64,000 nucleotides of DNA. Origin: Candidatus Saccharimonadales bacterium (GTDB lineage: Bacteria; Patescibacteriota; Saccharimonadia; Saccharimonadales; Saccharimonadaceae). Positions 55,284 through 64,000 of the stretch are shown in pieces. The notes under the pieces were generated by a model. The model was not told the DNA's origin. It searched no databases and saw nothing but the letters and a program-made list of their open reading frames with translations. Made by a program: the position numbers and the translations under genes. Within the stretch, counting starts at the first letter, position 1; each line of letters opens with the position of its first letter. Where the stretch lies: positions 36,508 to 100,507 of the forward strand of contig JBKECJ010000007.1 in assembly GCA_047974525.1 (NCBI GenBank). The letters run 5' to 3'.

Positions 55284-57151
55284 ACGAGCGCTCCTTGGTC
55301 TTGAGCAGGGTCGCTACCGGACATTATTTGTTCGGATTGCTCCGGTGCAAGCTCATTCATCCCTTCCTGAGGAATAGCGAGTGCGCCGACGCCCAACTCT
55401 TGACCCTGTGCCGGAGGAGTGATCATCCGCTCAATCTCTTCCTCAGATGTGTCGACGAGCATTTTCGGCAAATAAATTCGTTTAATTTCTTCTAAGTTAT
55501 TGGTTGGATCCTGAATCAGTATTTGGTAGTCTCGACGGGCACTCTCGCGCTCGAGCTCTTTTGTGCTTTCGCGCGTAATCTTCAATTCGACCTTCGGAGT
55601 ATAGTTACCCATAAAGCGCGACATCTGAAGATCTTTCCATTCGATATTGTCTCCGTTAATAGTGCGGATTTTTACTATGTCGTCCGCGTATAGACGCATA
55701 ATTTCAAAAACGATTTTGCCTTCTTGGAAGAACAGGTCGTCAGCGATCGTTCGTGCCTTGAGTTGGATAATTTGCGATGCTTGGGCCATCTGCGCATTGA
55801 CTTCCGTAGCGGTCTGCTTCGTGGTCGAGCTGATACCCTTCACGACGCCATCAGTAGATAGGGCTTCGCGGATCTCCTGCTTAATGTTCGCTCTCTCTTG
55901 GAATGGCAGTCCAGAAATAGCTGGAGGGTTGTTCCATTGCATAGCGTTTGGCGGCACGGGCCACGTTTTGCCTGGGGCAGGGTCGAGGTTGTCGATTCTA
56001 GTGGCGTACTCTGGGTCAATTGATCGCTCTGGGTAGAGTGTATAGAGTTCAGCCTCGAGCGAGATCTCCGTAAAGTCGTTTAAGAGCTCCTGCTGGTCTT
56101 TTATGACGTCTACGCTAGATCCACCATAGACGAGCGAAGTATCTATCTCTGAGCGCCCTAGCGCGAACGGAATAATACCCTCGAGCGGCTCTTCGCTAGT
56201 TGGCTCTTCTGGAGCTACTGGCATTTGCGGCCACTCTTCCTCTGGGATTAACGCTAAGGCTTCCGCCGATGGCATATCGAGCATAGCCCTCTGGTACTGA
56301 GCTAGCGCCACCTCGTAGTCTGATCGTTCTTTTTCATATCGAAGCTTCGCCTGTGTCAAATAAGGATTCTCTATATCTTCAATAACTGTCGCCCTATTAG
56401 CCACAGTCGCCACACGTTTTTTAGTCCATATCTCAATAATCTCAACATGGTTCTTTGAGCTTGTCGCTCCTCCAGTTGACTGACCGAGGTTCATATCCTT
56501 AACAGTCTTATCCGACCGATACATATCATCCTCGCCGCTCGAGCCAGTAAGTTTGTCTAGGTTCTTATAGCGCCTTTCAAGCTCGCCAGTCTCAGGGTTC
56601 ACTATCTGTGCGGATTTTAGCTCCGTCTTGGTGGCGTGGTATCTGCGTCCTGCATAGCGCCAATTGCGCCACGAAGTCGCTCTCGGGTCTATGATCGTAT
56701 CTCGAATTGGGATTACCGTCTTACTGACGATCCCGTCAGAATATTCATAATAAAACACTCCATTGCCGACGATTTCCATGTTCTTGCCATTTTCGAGGTT
56801 CTTCTCCGCCCATCCGTCGCGCAGATAGAAATCGTCCATCATCTCAGACAAGATTTCAGTATCGCCGTCCTGTTGCGGATCGTCTGGCACGAAAACGAAT
56901 TTCGGAGAGCTCGAATATAACGCCGCGACAATAGTAATTATTGCCGAGCGCGTCATAGGCACGAACGTCTTAATGACGCCAGCGTGACGTCTCATTGTCC
57001 TTATGCCGTTATATAGTTTCCAGTTCTCGTCCCAAGTCGTATGGTATCGCTGGCTAGCATATAGCCAAGACTCTTCATACTTGTCTTGAACCCAAGTCAA
57101 GGCGTCGTCTTTTCCGTCTCCCCACTTCTTGTTTTCTTTAGAGTCAGCCAT
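55280..57151 (-). CDS. putative portal protein
   Basis: 623 aa, located after the large terminase as in most tailed-phage packaging modules. Confidence 0.5.
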   Translation of the reverse strand: MADSKENKKWGDGKDDALTWVQDKYEESWLYASQRYHTTWDENWKLYNGIRTMRRHAGVIKTFVPMTRSAIITIVAALYSSSPKFVFVPDDPQQDGDTEILSEMMDDFYLRDGWAEKNLENGKNMEIVGNGVFYYEYSDGIVSKTVIPIRDTIIDPRATSWRNWRYAGRRYHATKTELKSAQIVNPETGELERRYKNLDKLTGSSGEDDMYRSDKTVKDMNLGQSTGGATSSKNHVEIIEIWTKKRVATVANRATVIEDIENPYLTQAKLRYEKERSDYEVALAQYQRAMLDMPSAEALALIPEEEWPQMPVAPEEPTSEEPLEGIIPFALGRSEIDTSLVYGGSSVDVIKDQQELLNDFTEISLEAELYTLYPERSIDPEYATRIDNLDPAPGKTWPVPPNAMQWNNPPAISGLPFQERANIKQEIREALSTDGVVKGISSTTKQTATEVNAQMAQASQIIQLKARTIADDLFFQEGKIVFEIMRLYADDIVKIRTINGDNIEWKDLQMSRFMGNYTPKVELKITRESTKELERESARRDYQILIQDPTNNLEEIKRIYLPKMLVDTSEEEIERMITPPAQGQELGVGALAIPQEGMNELAPEQSEQIMSGSDPAQDQGALV

Positions 57152-57233
57152 TATAGCTCCATGAAACTAAAATTCACCAGCTTATGTGCCAAAAAAACAC
57201 GAGCGCATTTACTCGTGTTTTTCCGCGACGTAC

Positions 57234-57710
57234 TTATTCGCCAAGCTGGAGGGCAATCACGAACCCATCTTCGGGATTATCCCGAGATTTTCGTGACTTA
57301 CCTGCGTCGTCGCCTTCACCCAAATCATCCGCATCTTCGGATAACTTATTCATCTTCTTATCGCCCTTGCATTCCGCTTCGAGGCAATCAAGGAGCATAT
57401 TAGTCTGCTTTCGTACTGCGTCGATATTCAACTTCGGCTCCTTGCCGTCCTCTACGGAGTCGGCGATAAAATGTAGCAAGTCTTGATGCATCCGCTCTTG
57501 TTTGCTGTTAAATCTTACGATAGCCCGCGCAACTGTTCCGTAGTATGGGTTGTCACTTTCGTCGAGCTCTGCGTACCCTGCGCGCGCTTCGGCCTCGTCG
57601 GCGTCTAGATCGTGCAGGTTTTCAAGAAACCGAGCCTTTAAATCTCTACCTTCGTCATCATTCCATTGCCTTCCAGCATCCTTAGTTGTGGCGTCTGAGC
57701 CTTTTTGCAT
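57234..57710 (-). CDS. phage protein (acidic)
   Basis: Start MQKGSD (ATG 57710) preceded by AGGAGA inside conserved element (d). In-frame upstream ATGs lie inside the element. Confidence 0.45.
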   Translation of the reverse strand: MQKGSDATTKDAGRQWNDDEGRDLKARFLENLHDLDADEAEARAGYAELDESDNPYYGTVARAIVRFNSKQERMHQDLLHFIADSVEDGKEPKLNIDAVRKQTNMLLDCLEAECKGDKKMNKLSEDADDLGEGDDAGKSRKSRDNPEDGFVIALQLGE

Positions 57711-57751
57711 AGCAATTCTCCTCATGGCGCCTAATATATTCACTATACCAC
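57711..57751 (-). promoter_or_regulatory. conserved late promoter/leader element, copy d (variant)
   Basis: Minus strand TGGTATAGT-GAATA-TATTAGGCGCCATGAGGAGA-ATTGCT-ATG. Confidence 0.5.
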
Positions 57752-58017
57752 AATCACTATCTTTGTGATATATTGGAGATATGTAAATGCGGCGAATAGT
57801 CGCATTTTTTGTTACCCAGAAAGCGCTAGAGCGTCGCTTTTGCAGAACAAGGGTAACGTTGCCCGCCTATGCGACGGCATAATGCGAGTTGAGATTGTCG
57901 CGCCTCCGTACGAGCCGGAACAATATATATGACAGGATCATTGTACTGCCACCATGCGAGCTTAGAGCATGGCAGTAGGTCGGAAAAATCCTAAAACTAA
58001 ATTTAAAAGGAAGAACT

Positions 58018-58188
58018 ATGAAGAATAAAACAAGAAAAAGGCTCATGGTGCTCGCATGGATAACCATATCAGTATCATGCGCAATTATGGCAATATACAT
58101 GCTTATCGATGGAAGGACGAAAGAAGCATGGGAGCTAATCGTGTCTGCGCTGAAAATAATAACCGGGATCGGACTGGTTAATAAATAA
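58018..58188 (+). CDS. small single-TM membrane protein (56 aa), counter-oriented
   Basis: Own translation MKNKTRKRLMVLAWITISVSCAIMAIYMLIDGRTKEAWELIVSALKIITGIGLVNK; RBS AAAGGAAG. Below track cutoff. Confidence 0.35.
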   Translation: MKNKTRKRLMVLAWITISVSCAIMAIYMLIDGRTKEAWELIVSALKIITGIGLVNK

Positions 58189-58190
58189 TT

Positions 58191-58400
58191 CTAATCGCCG
58201 CACTTCTCGTCGCCAAGCTGGGGCTCAAGCGCGCGTCTCTCGGCCTCTCTTAGCTTTTCGGCTGCTCGCATTCGGTGCGCGAACCCCTTGACAGCCCCCT
58301 CGGGCCACCCTTTCTGTCCCCCGATCTTGCCAATCTTTGAATAATAGTCGTCGCCATATTTCCTCTTCTTCGTTATTGCTGCCTTTTTATATTTATTCAT
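58191..58400 (-). CDS. small basic phage protein
   Basis: 69 aa; Lys/Arg-rich; directly downstream of the large terminase. Confidence 0.4.
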   Translation of the reverse strand: MNKYKKAAITKKRKYGDDYYSKIGKIGGQKGWPEGAVKGFAHRMRAAEKLREAERRALEPQLGDEKCGD

Positions 58401-58403
58401 TAG

Positions 58404-59783
58404 TCACCCTTTCTGCCCCCAACTAGGCACGTACGTGTGAAGTTTACTCTCGCCTCCACCCAAGCTAGCGTTTTTACGAATATCTTTAATTGCCATAACT
58501 GCATACTGAAATGCGTCTGCGCCATGAGAGCTCCAGTCGTGCTTCGGTACCTTCGACAAGATCTTATTCTTCTCGCTCCATTCGTAGTGATAAGCGCCTA
58601 TGCACTCAAGCCCTCTTTTACATCTTTCTTCATCAAAATAGAAAGTCGAGAACATTCCTCGAGCCAAATCTATCGCGCCATAACCTTCATTTCTTGGCAA
58701 AACTTTGAAACGAAAATCTTGTAGCATTTTCTTTAAATCGTCCAAGAGCGAAGTTGCTTGAACTTGGTTAATATCGCTCGCGCGATTACTCCGATTATTC
58801 GCGTCATGCGGCAGATAAACCGTCCCAAACCTATATCCTAGGTTTCTCAAATCCGAAAAATAATTCGCAACAGGTCGCCCGAAGTCTTCTAGATAATCAA
58901 TGAAGTAAACTGCCCCGTCTCGAATCTGCATGAGCCAAATTGCAGTACTATCACTTACGCCCAAATCAAAGACTGGGTGGACTTCATACCTATTATCGTA
59001 TGGGTATTTGCCGACCCTGTTCGCATTTCGGGCTTCTGCGAGTTGACGCGTGAATATGCCGCCATTTACTTCCGTAAGCGGCTCGCCTCGCCATACGTGG
59101 CGGTAGTTTGCAGGATCGAGAACTTCGAGCTGCGCGCGCTCATCCAAAACTTCCTTCGGCAAGTAATTCTCAATATCCCAGCTGTCAATTTTCTGCACGA
59201 AAGTTCGACCATCGTCGATTGGGCGTGAGCTAGCGGGATTATCCGTGCCTATCAGCGGCTCTGCTACTCGCAATCGCGCGGGGTCACTTTTTGCGAGTCG
59301 GTTACTTGTCCAAATAAGCATGGATCCTTTAGCGCGAATCGTCGGTATCAGCACATCAATGCTCTCCGTAGACGCGCTCTGCGCCTCCTCGAACCAAAAT
59401 ACGTCTACGCCCTCAAGAGACTTAACTCGCTGCGCATCCCTCGCTCCCGACGACTGAGAAGTACGAAGGCCTTTGAATATGATTTCAGACTTCGTATCTG
59501 GAAACCAAAAACGCTCGCTGTTGTGCTGCCATCCCGTCATTCCGCACTCTTCGATATTTGAAAGGAAAGCTCTATGGACGGAGTCTTTTGTAGTGTTTTC
59601 AAGCTCACGCCCTACACAAATTAACGTCTTCTGCGCCATTGCGGTAATTAGCAATGCTCGGCATACGTTCTTGGTCTTGCCGCCAGCGCGTCCGCCCTCT
59701 AGCCATATATGTCGCCTGTCTCGATTTAGAATGTGCTCTATGGCTTCTTTATAGGCTGGCGGGAATTCGATGCTGATCTCCAC
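58404..59783 (-). CDS. terminase large subunit
   Basis: 459 aa; N-terminal Walker A WLEGGRAGGKTKNV; ATPase plus C-terminal nuclease-sized domain with acidic residues. Confidence 0.7.
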   Translation of the reverse strand: MEISIEFPPAYKEAIEHILNRDRRHIWLEGGRAGGKTKNVCRALLITAMAQKTLICVGRELENTTKDSVHRAFLSNIEECGMTGWQHNSERFWFPDTKSEIIFKGLRTSQSSGARDAQRVKSLEGVDVFWFEEAQSASTESIDVLIPTIRAKGSMLIWTSNRLAKSDPARLRVAEPLIGTDNPASSRPIDDGRTFVQKIDSWDIENYLPKEVLDERAQLEVLDPANYRHVWRGEPLTEVNGGIFTRQLAEARNANRVGKYPYDNRYEVHPVFDLGVSDSTAIWLMQIRDGAVYFIDYLEDFGRPVANYFSDLRNLGYRFGTVYLPHDANNRSNRASDINQVQATSLLDDLKKMLQDFRFKVLPRNEGYGAIDLARGMFSTFYFDEERCKRGLECIGAYHYEWSEKNKILSKVPKHDWSSHGADAFQYAVMAIKDIRKNASLGGGESKLHTYVPSWGQKG

Positions 59784-60019
59784 TACCTATACCTCGAAAT
59801 ATCATATGCCAATTTCTTGACAGCCTCGGCCGCTCCTTCGTCGATGGCGGCTCTCATCGCCCTGCCGCACTCGGTTCGTCTTCTTGCCGACATCATTTTG
59901 GGAATAAATTTATTGCTGGAGCGGACTAAACTTTCGGATAATGAGGCGACTAACTCTAGCTTCCAGCTTTCGATTAGGGCTTTTTCGGCCATTCGAGTAA
60001 ATGCGTTTTTATCTTCCAC
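59783..60019 (-). CDS. small phage protein upstream of terminase (candidate small terminase subunit)
   Basis: 78 aa; start overlaps the upstream stop, stop overlaps the TerL start. Confidence 0.35.
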   Translation of the reverse strand: MEDKNAFTRMAEKALIESWKLELVASLSESLVRSSNKFIPKMMSARRRTECGRAMRAAIDEGAAEAVKKLAYDISRYR

Positions 60020-60422
60020 TTAGTTTCTTCCTTTCTTTTGACTCTTTGGAGCCAAAACTAATATTCACGCCAGTTATCTTTTCATCTCCGCTAGTAACAT
60101 CAACAGCCTGCTTTGGCTTACCAGTTAGCCTATCTTCGATCTCTTTGGCTACCTCCAACCGCTCATCATTCACGATTTTCCACGCCTTTACTTCGGCCAT
60201 AGTACGGTCTTTCATAGGGGTATCTTTGTCCCATGCTCGAAACTCTTCTTCACTCATAGCCATGAATCGCCCATACTGATATGTGTATGTATGCCTCTTA
60301 TCCCAAGTTCCGCTCGAACGCGGATTCCCACCTGGTTTACCAAATTGTTTATCTACTGGAGGGACTACTCCATTTATTGGGCTACCCTTCGCCTGCTCTG
60401 TGGCGGGTTTTTTATTGCTCAT
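60009..60422 (-). CDS. phage protein (basic N-terminus)
   Basis: 137 aa ORF. Confidence 0.4.
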   Translation of the reverse strand: MSNKKPATEQAKGSPINGVVPPVDKQFGKPGGNPRSSGTWDKRHTYTYQYGRFMAMSEEEFRAWDKDTPMKDRTMAEVKAWKIVNDERLEVAKEIEDRLTGKPKQAVDVTSGDEKITGVNISFGSKESKERKKLSGR

Positions 60423-60655
60423 ATTCTCTCCTTAATAAGCTCTTTCTCGCATAGCACCTTAAGCCTTTTTAGCTCTCTATTTCTTTTCCACCACGGGATA
60501 CTCAGTAAATGCTCGGCGAAGTTTACATAAGATTTTGCATATATACCATCTACTTCATGTACTATGCCAAGCTGCATATCTTCGCCAATTTGTTTGATCT
60601 TGCCTGATATAGTCACAGACAAAAGATCGCCATCGTCATTGTATTCAAAATTCAT
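60419..60655 (-). CDS. small phage protein
   Basis: 78 aa; 4-nt overlaps both sides. Confidence 0.4.
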   Translation of the reverse strand: MNFEYNDDGDLLSVTISGKIKQIGEDMQLGIVHEVDGIYAKSYVNFAEHLLSIPWWKRNRELKRLKVLCEKELIKERI

Positions 60656-61083
60656 ATCCTATCCTCAACAAACTTCCTAGCTTCATCAAACCCACGGCAA
60701 ACCACAGATTCGATTCCGGCACTATTTAATATTTCTAGCCATTGCTTTTGTTCTGGCGATAATTTGCCGCCTTTGCGGCGTTTCATTTCAACGGCGACTA
60801 GACGATACGCGTAGTATTTGACCGGCAAGGCATAGCTGCTGCCTTCTGCACGCAAATCCACTACCCTCCGCGCGAGTCCAGCTGGCACGACGACCAAGTA
60901 GTCCGGAAAGCCCTTACTCTGCCCCATACGCTTCAATTTAGCCGTCCTAAGCATCGCTGTGCGCCCTCTGCCGCTCTCATTGCCAATATGGGTGTGCGGT
61001 AGTCCTTTTAGCGTTAGCCATTGCGAAAAAGCTTCAGACTCTTGGTCTTCGGTTGGGTTTTCTATGTTTGATAGGCTAGGCAT
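60652..61083 (-). CDS. VRR-NUC domain nuclease
   Basis: 143 aa; ...GFPDYLVVVPAGLARRVVDLRAEG...RLVAVEMKRRKGGKLSPEQKQWLEILNSAG... (PD-(D/E)xK-type VRR-NUC pattern). Confidence 0.55.
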   Translation of the reverse strand: MPSLSNIENPTEDQESEAFSQWLTLKGLPHTHIGNESGRGRTAMLRTAKLKRMGQSKGFPDYLVVVPAGLARRVVDLRAEGSSYALPVKYYAYRLVAVEMKRRKGGKLSPEQKQWLEILNSAGIESVVCRGFDEARKFVEDRI

Positions 61084-61333
61084 GAGAACTCCTCGAAATA
61101 CCCTCCCTTAGTAGTTTTACTATGTAGTGTTTACTGGCAGCGTCTATGAACTGAGCATGCGTTTGGCCGGTAGCAATGATTGTCTCATATACGCAAGATT
61201 CTATATGATTTAAGCTGCCCCTTCCTTCAAGTATTTTTTTGATTCTGGGTCGGCTTGTCGAAGTTAGTTTCGCTAAATTATCCTGAGACCAGCCACGGCT
61301 GTACAAAATAGCGGCGAAATTTTCTTCTTTCAT
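61076..61333 (-). CDS. HTH (XRE-like) DNA-binding protein
   Basis: 85 aa; ...ILYSRGWSQDNLAKLTSTSRPRIKKILEG... Confidence 0.5.
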   Translation of the reverse strand: MKEENFAAILYSRGWSQDNLAKLTSTSRPRIKKILEGRGSLNHIESCVYETIIATGQTHAQFIDAASKHYIVKLLREGISRSSHA

Positions 61334-61773
61334 TTCTCGTCCTCTAAAAGTTCGGGGTTTTCGTGGATATTTCCGATGACTCTCAATAGGCTAGCAGCGT
61401 CATCGTCCATCCAGCATCCTATACTATTTGGGTGAGCTGATATTGTAGGCGATAATCTAAACCCACCAGAAGTAAAAATAACATACGTGACCGCGCCAGC
61501 CATTAGCCCAAGCTCATCCCAACTATCGTCAAGTTTTACTATATCCCCTTCGTAAACTTCCTTACCTTTTTTATCTTTGAGTCCGGTGAATTGCTCCAAG
61601 ACAAATGCGTCCTCTTTGCCACCATTAATTTTTCCACTCAAATTGTACTGACCATTTGGAATATGGGAGGTAATTCGTTCTGGTACGAATCCCGCCTCAC
61701 TAAAATTAATGTGGGATACCATGTGCATAGTTTTATCGTTTTTATCCCATACTCTAAATTTTAGTTCTCTCAT
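61330..61773 (-). CDS. YopX-family phage protein
   Basis: 147 aa; N-terminal MRELKFRVWDKNDKTMHMV is characteristic of YopX-domain proteins. Confidence 0.5.
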   Translation of the reverse strand: MRELKFRVWDKNDKTMHMVSHINFSEAGFVPERITSHIPNGQYNLSGKINGGKEDAFVLEQFTGLKDKKGKEVYEGDIVKLDDSWDELGLMAGAVTYVIFTSGGFRLSPTISAHPNSIGCWMDDDAASLLRVIGNIHENPELLEDEK

Positions 61774-61970
61774 ATCTCACCTACCTTTTCTACCAACCAG
61801 CCAGTAGCTTCCTGATAAGTCTTAAATTGTTCTCTAGCTTTAACTCTTTGTGACTTACGCCATATTTTTGTCACCTCATACTCAATATGGACGGTATAGC
61901 TCTTCCGGTGGTTTTCGTAGCTTATAGACCAACTGAGAACTTTTGCATCTAATTGTACTGTTCCCATCAT
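61770..61970 (-). CDS. small phage protein
   Basis: 66 aa, overlapping stops/starts. Confidence 0.35.
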   Translation of the reverse strand: MMGTVQLDAKVLSWSISYENHRKSYTVHIEYEVTKIWRKSQRVKAREQFKTYQEATGWLVEKVGEI

Positions 61971-62491
61971 TTCGCCACCCCAAGCACCACCTCATAGGCG
62001 CGCTTTACTTCTGGGATTTCTAGAGCAGCTCTAGCCTCGCTAGCAGAACGGTAATGCGCATGGTCTTGAGACTGGCAATAATAGCAGCTGGATGGGACGA
62101 GCTCATTTTCTTTATTGTCGTATATTATCGAGACTTTTTCTTGATGATTGTCGCCCCAGTCCGGAACAAAGTCCGAACTACGACGAATAATCGCTATGGC
62201 TCTTAGATATTCGCGATGAGCTTCAGCTTCGCCCTCAGTCTCAAAGCAGTTACCCAAATCCCAGAGCCTATTATCGTCACGATCATCGCGCCATACGTAT
62301 CCGTCGATGCTTCCAGCGCTACTTACTCTAAAATACGCGCCCCCTTTGTCTGGCTTCCACGCAGCAGGCGCCTGCTCTTCTACCGGCTTCACCATGGTCC
62401 TGCTGAACTCATTGTCCGGCATCGTGAGGATTATCCCGTCCCTCGTGAACTGCAACGTAGTTCCTTCGCCCTCTAACTTAATAGTTTTCAT
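61967..62491 (-). CDS. hypothetical phage early protein
   Basis: 174 aa. Confidence 0.4.
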   Translation of the reverse strand: MKTIKLEGEGTTLQFTRDGIILTMPDNEFSRTMVKPVEEQAPAAWKPDKGGAYFRVSSAGSIDGYVWRDDRDDNRLWDLGNCFETEGEAEAHREYLRAIAIIRRSSDFVPDWGDNHQEKVSIIYDNKENELVPSSCYYCQSQDHAHYRSASEARAALEIPEVKRAYEVVLGVAK

Positions 62492-62500
62492 ATTTTTCTC

Positions 62501-62791
62501 CTATATCGGCGTTATAGCCGTTATTATTATTTGTTTACCACTAGGTTTGATTGCGTCCGTGATCTTCATTTGCTCGAATAGCTCGCCCGCATGATTTCTC
62601 TCCGCTCGCCATTCTGCACCCCGAACGAAATGTTTGAGTACTGATCGGCATTTAGCCTCTGAAGCGCCCTTCGGTACGATTACTCGCTGACCGCGCCAAC
62701 TCACGGCGCCGGCTCTGAGATCGACGGAAATATCTAGGCAGTCGAGCCTATTGCCGAAACGCTCAGCGGCGGAACGTAGGTTATTACTCAT
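62501..62791 (-). CDS. hypothetical phage early protein
   Basis: 96 aa. Confidence 0.4.
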   Translation of the reverse strand: MSNNLRSAAERFGNRLDCLDISVDLRAGAVSWRGQRVIVPKGASEAKCRSVLKHFVRGAEWRAERNHAGELFEQMKITDAIKPSGKQIIITAITPI

Positions 62792-63048
62792 GCCTCCTCC
62801 TTTGCAAAAACAGTAATGCCTATTCGATTATTCGGATGCGACTTAAATAGAACTCGTCCGCTCCGCGCCAAAAGCGTAAGCGCCGAGTGAACTTCTGGAG
62901 TATCCGGCGTAACGATCTCGCCCCGCTCACGGCAATATATGCCGCGCCTGAGCCAGTCCGTCTTATGCAGAATCCTCTCCTCGCCGCACGGCGCAGAAAC
63001 TGCATCGATCATCTTCCAAGCGATTTTGTAAAAGTTGTCGTCAACCAT
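62788..63048 (-). CDS. hypothetical phage early protein
   Basis: 86 aa. Confidence 0.4.
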   Translation of the reverse strand: MVDDNFYKIAWKMIDAVSAPCGEERILHKTDWLRRGIYCRERGEIVTPDTPEVHSALTLLARSGRVLFKSHPNNRIGITVFAKEEA

Positions 63049-63050
63049 TC

Positions 63051-63443
63051 TTATGCCTCACCCGAGATCGCGCACATAAATAGCGCTATCAAACAGACTA
63101 TGATGATAATTGAGAGAACAAATAGCATTATGAATAGGCTGGGATTTTGAACCCGATTTAGATTTTTCGGGGTTTGCTCTGCGCGATCATACTTCGATTC
63201 CGCAATGATCTTTTCGAGCTCACGCTTCGCCTTACGTCGAGCATTGCGTTTGGCGTTGTATGTGTCTAGAATTTCGCGGTATTCTCTCATATCGCCAGCC
63301 TTGTCGATACTCCGAAGAGTCTCTTTGCTGACGCCCAAGTAGCTACTTACCCACTTCTTGCTATAACCAGCCTTGAGAAATTTTTTCGCTTGCTCGAATA
63401 GCCGAAGATTTACTTTAACTAATTTCCTTTTTTCGCCCTTCAT
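63051..63443 (-). CDS. HTH-containing protein with C-terminal TM anchor
   Basis: 130 aa; ...AGYSKKWVSSYLGVSKETLRSI... HTH then ...LFIMLFVLSIIIIVCLIALFMCAI. Confidence 0.45.
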   Translation of the reverse strand: MKGEKRKLVKVNLRLFEQAKKFLKAGYSKKWVSSYLGVSKETLRSIDKAGDMREYREILDTYNAKRNARRKAKRELEKIIAESKYDRAEQTPKNLNRVQNPSLFIMLFVLSIIIIVCLIALFMCAISGEA

Positions 63444-63836
63444 AAGTTACCTCCTTTAAAATGGCTTATCCCCCTAGACCCACCTATATTTGGCGGCGGC
63501 TTAGAAAAGAATGTGGACTAATCTTATTCTGTTGCCGTTTAGATATAGATGGATCTAGGGTACCGATCGGCAACCGCGCACGATCGGTACTACCATTTAG
63601 GAGTGCCGGCGACTTGAGCGCTCTCTCAAAGACGCTCAAGCTCTTGGTCATCTTCGGCCGTGAAAAATAGCGGCTTTAAAAACGAAGACCAGCATTCCTA
63701 AAATTGTTAATGTTCTGGCGTAAGCAGCCCGATATTTTCCGTCAGCGCCGTGATCTCAAGCCCGCAGGTGCCCCTCGCCGCTTCAGATAGATCTCGTAGG
63801 TCGCCAACAGTCAAGTCTGCCCAGTTGACTATCATT

Positions 63837-64000
63837 CGACTTCTTTCAGATTTTTTAGCGCTGCGGATAATTCTGGAGTAACCTCATATTCGGTACCGCC
63901 AATATTTATCGTTTGAGGCTTCTCCGCCTCCGCGCTAGAGTCTTCCTTATCCAACTCTTCAATCTCGTAATCACCGATGACATACTGATGTCTCCAGTAG
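63837..64000 (-). CDS. partial ORF (C-terminal part; N-terminus beyond window end)
   Basis: Own minus-strand translation ...YEIEELDKEDSSAEAEKPQTINIGGTEYEVTPELSAALKNLKEVE-stop at 63837. Confidence 0.3.

Larger units (their letters stand above)
36423..64000 (-). mobile_element. prophage (integrase, lysis, tail, head, packaging, early genes); right end beyond window
   Basis: tRNA-fragment/integrase junction at 36.4 kb. Contiguous same-strand genes for terminase, portal, capsid, tape-measure-like protein, tail fiber, endolysin/holin. VRR-NUC, YopX and HTH early genes. Confidence 0.75.

Noticed and set aside
44286-57751. Four ~40-nt repeats as a CRISPR array or MITE family
   Set aside because: Copies are 4.1-4.7 kb apart, each abutting a gene start with an embedded -10 and Shine-Dalgarno; no short regular spacers or terminal inverted repeats.
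63461-63670. 69-aa plus-strand ORF
   Set aside because: Overlaps the tandem inverted repeats and has no RBS; likely non-coding regulatory DNA.

Overview
Most of this window, on the minus strand, is a bacterial ribosomal-protein superoperon (str, S10, spc and alpha clusters from rpsL at ~33.9 kb to rpsI at ~1.2 kb, with secY, infA, rpoA, tuf and fusA). L30 (rpmD) is missing between rpsE and rplO, and adk/map are missing between secY and infA, where a sortase gene sits instead. By inference this suggests a reduced-genome, Patescibacteria/CPR-like organism using the standard genetic code. Several non-ribosomal units interrupt the superoperon:
- A TelA/YaaN, small lipoprotein, XpaC-like and vWA-lipoprotein operon with its own consensus promoter, inserted between rpsJ and rplC.
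- A phosphoribosyltransferase-like gene between rplF and rpsH.
- A GH13 glycosidase plus a flotillin between rpsG and fusA.
- Several orphan hypothetical genes around tuf.
At ~36.42 kb a tRNA 3'-end fragment next to a tyrosine integrase marks the left edge of a prophage that runs past the window end (>27.5 kb). The prophage carries:
- a phage-encoded atypical tRNA;
- a non-coding region with small promoter-terminator units;
- a translationally coupled plus-strand two-gene module (candidate abortive-infection/defence cargo);
- a lysis cassette;
- tail, head and packaging genes, followed by early genes (VRR-NUC nuclease, HTH, YopX).
Four copies of a conserved promoter-plus-leader element (TGnTATAAT, then TATTAGGCGCCATGTAGAGGA, then the start codon) precede four late genes in the prophage. 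A counter-oriented cluster of three small secreted/membrane genes is embedded in the tail module. No rRNA, CRISPR array or transposase was seen.
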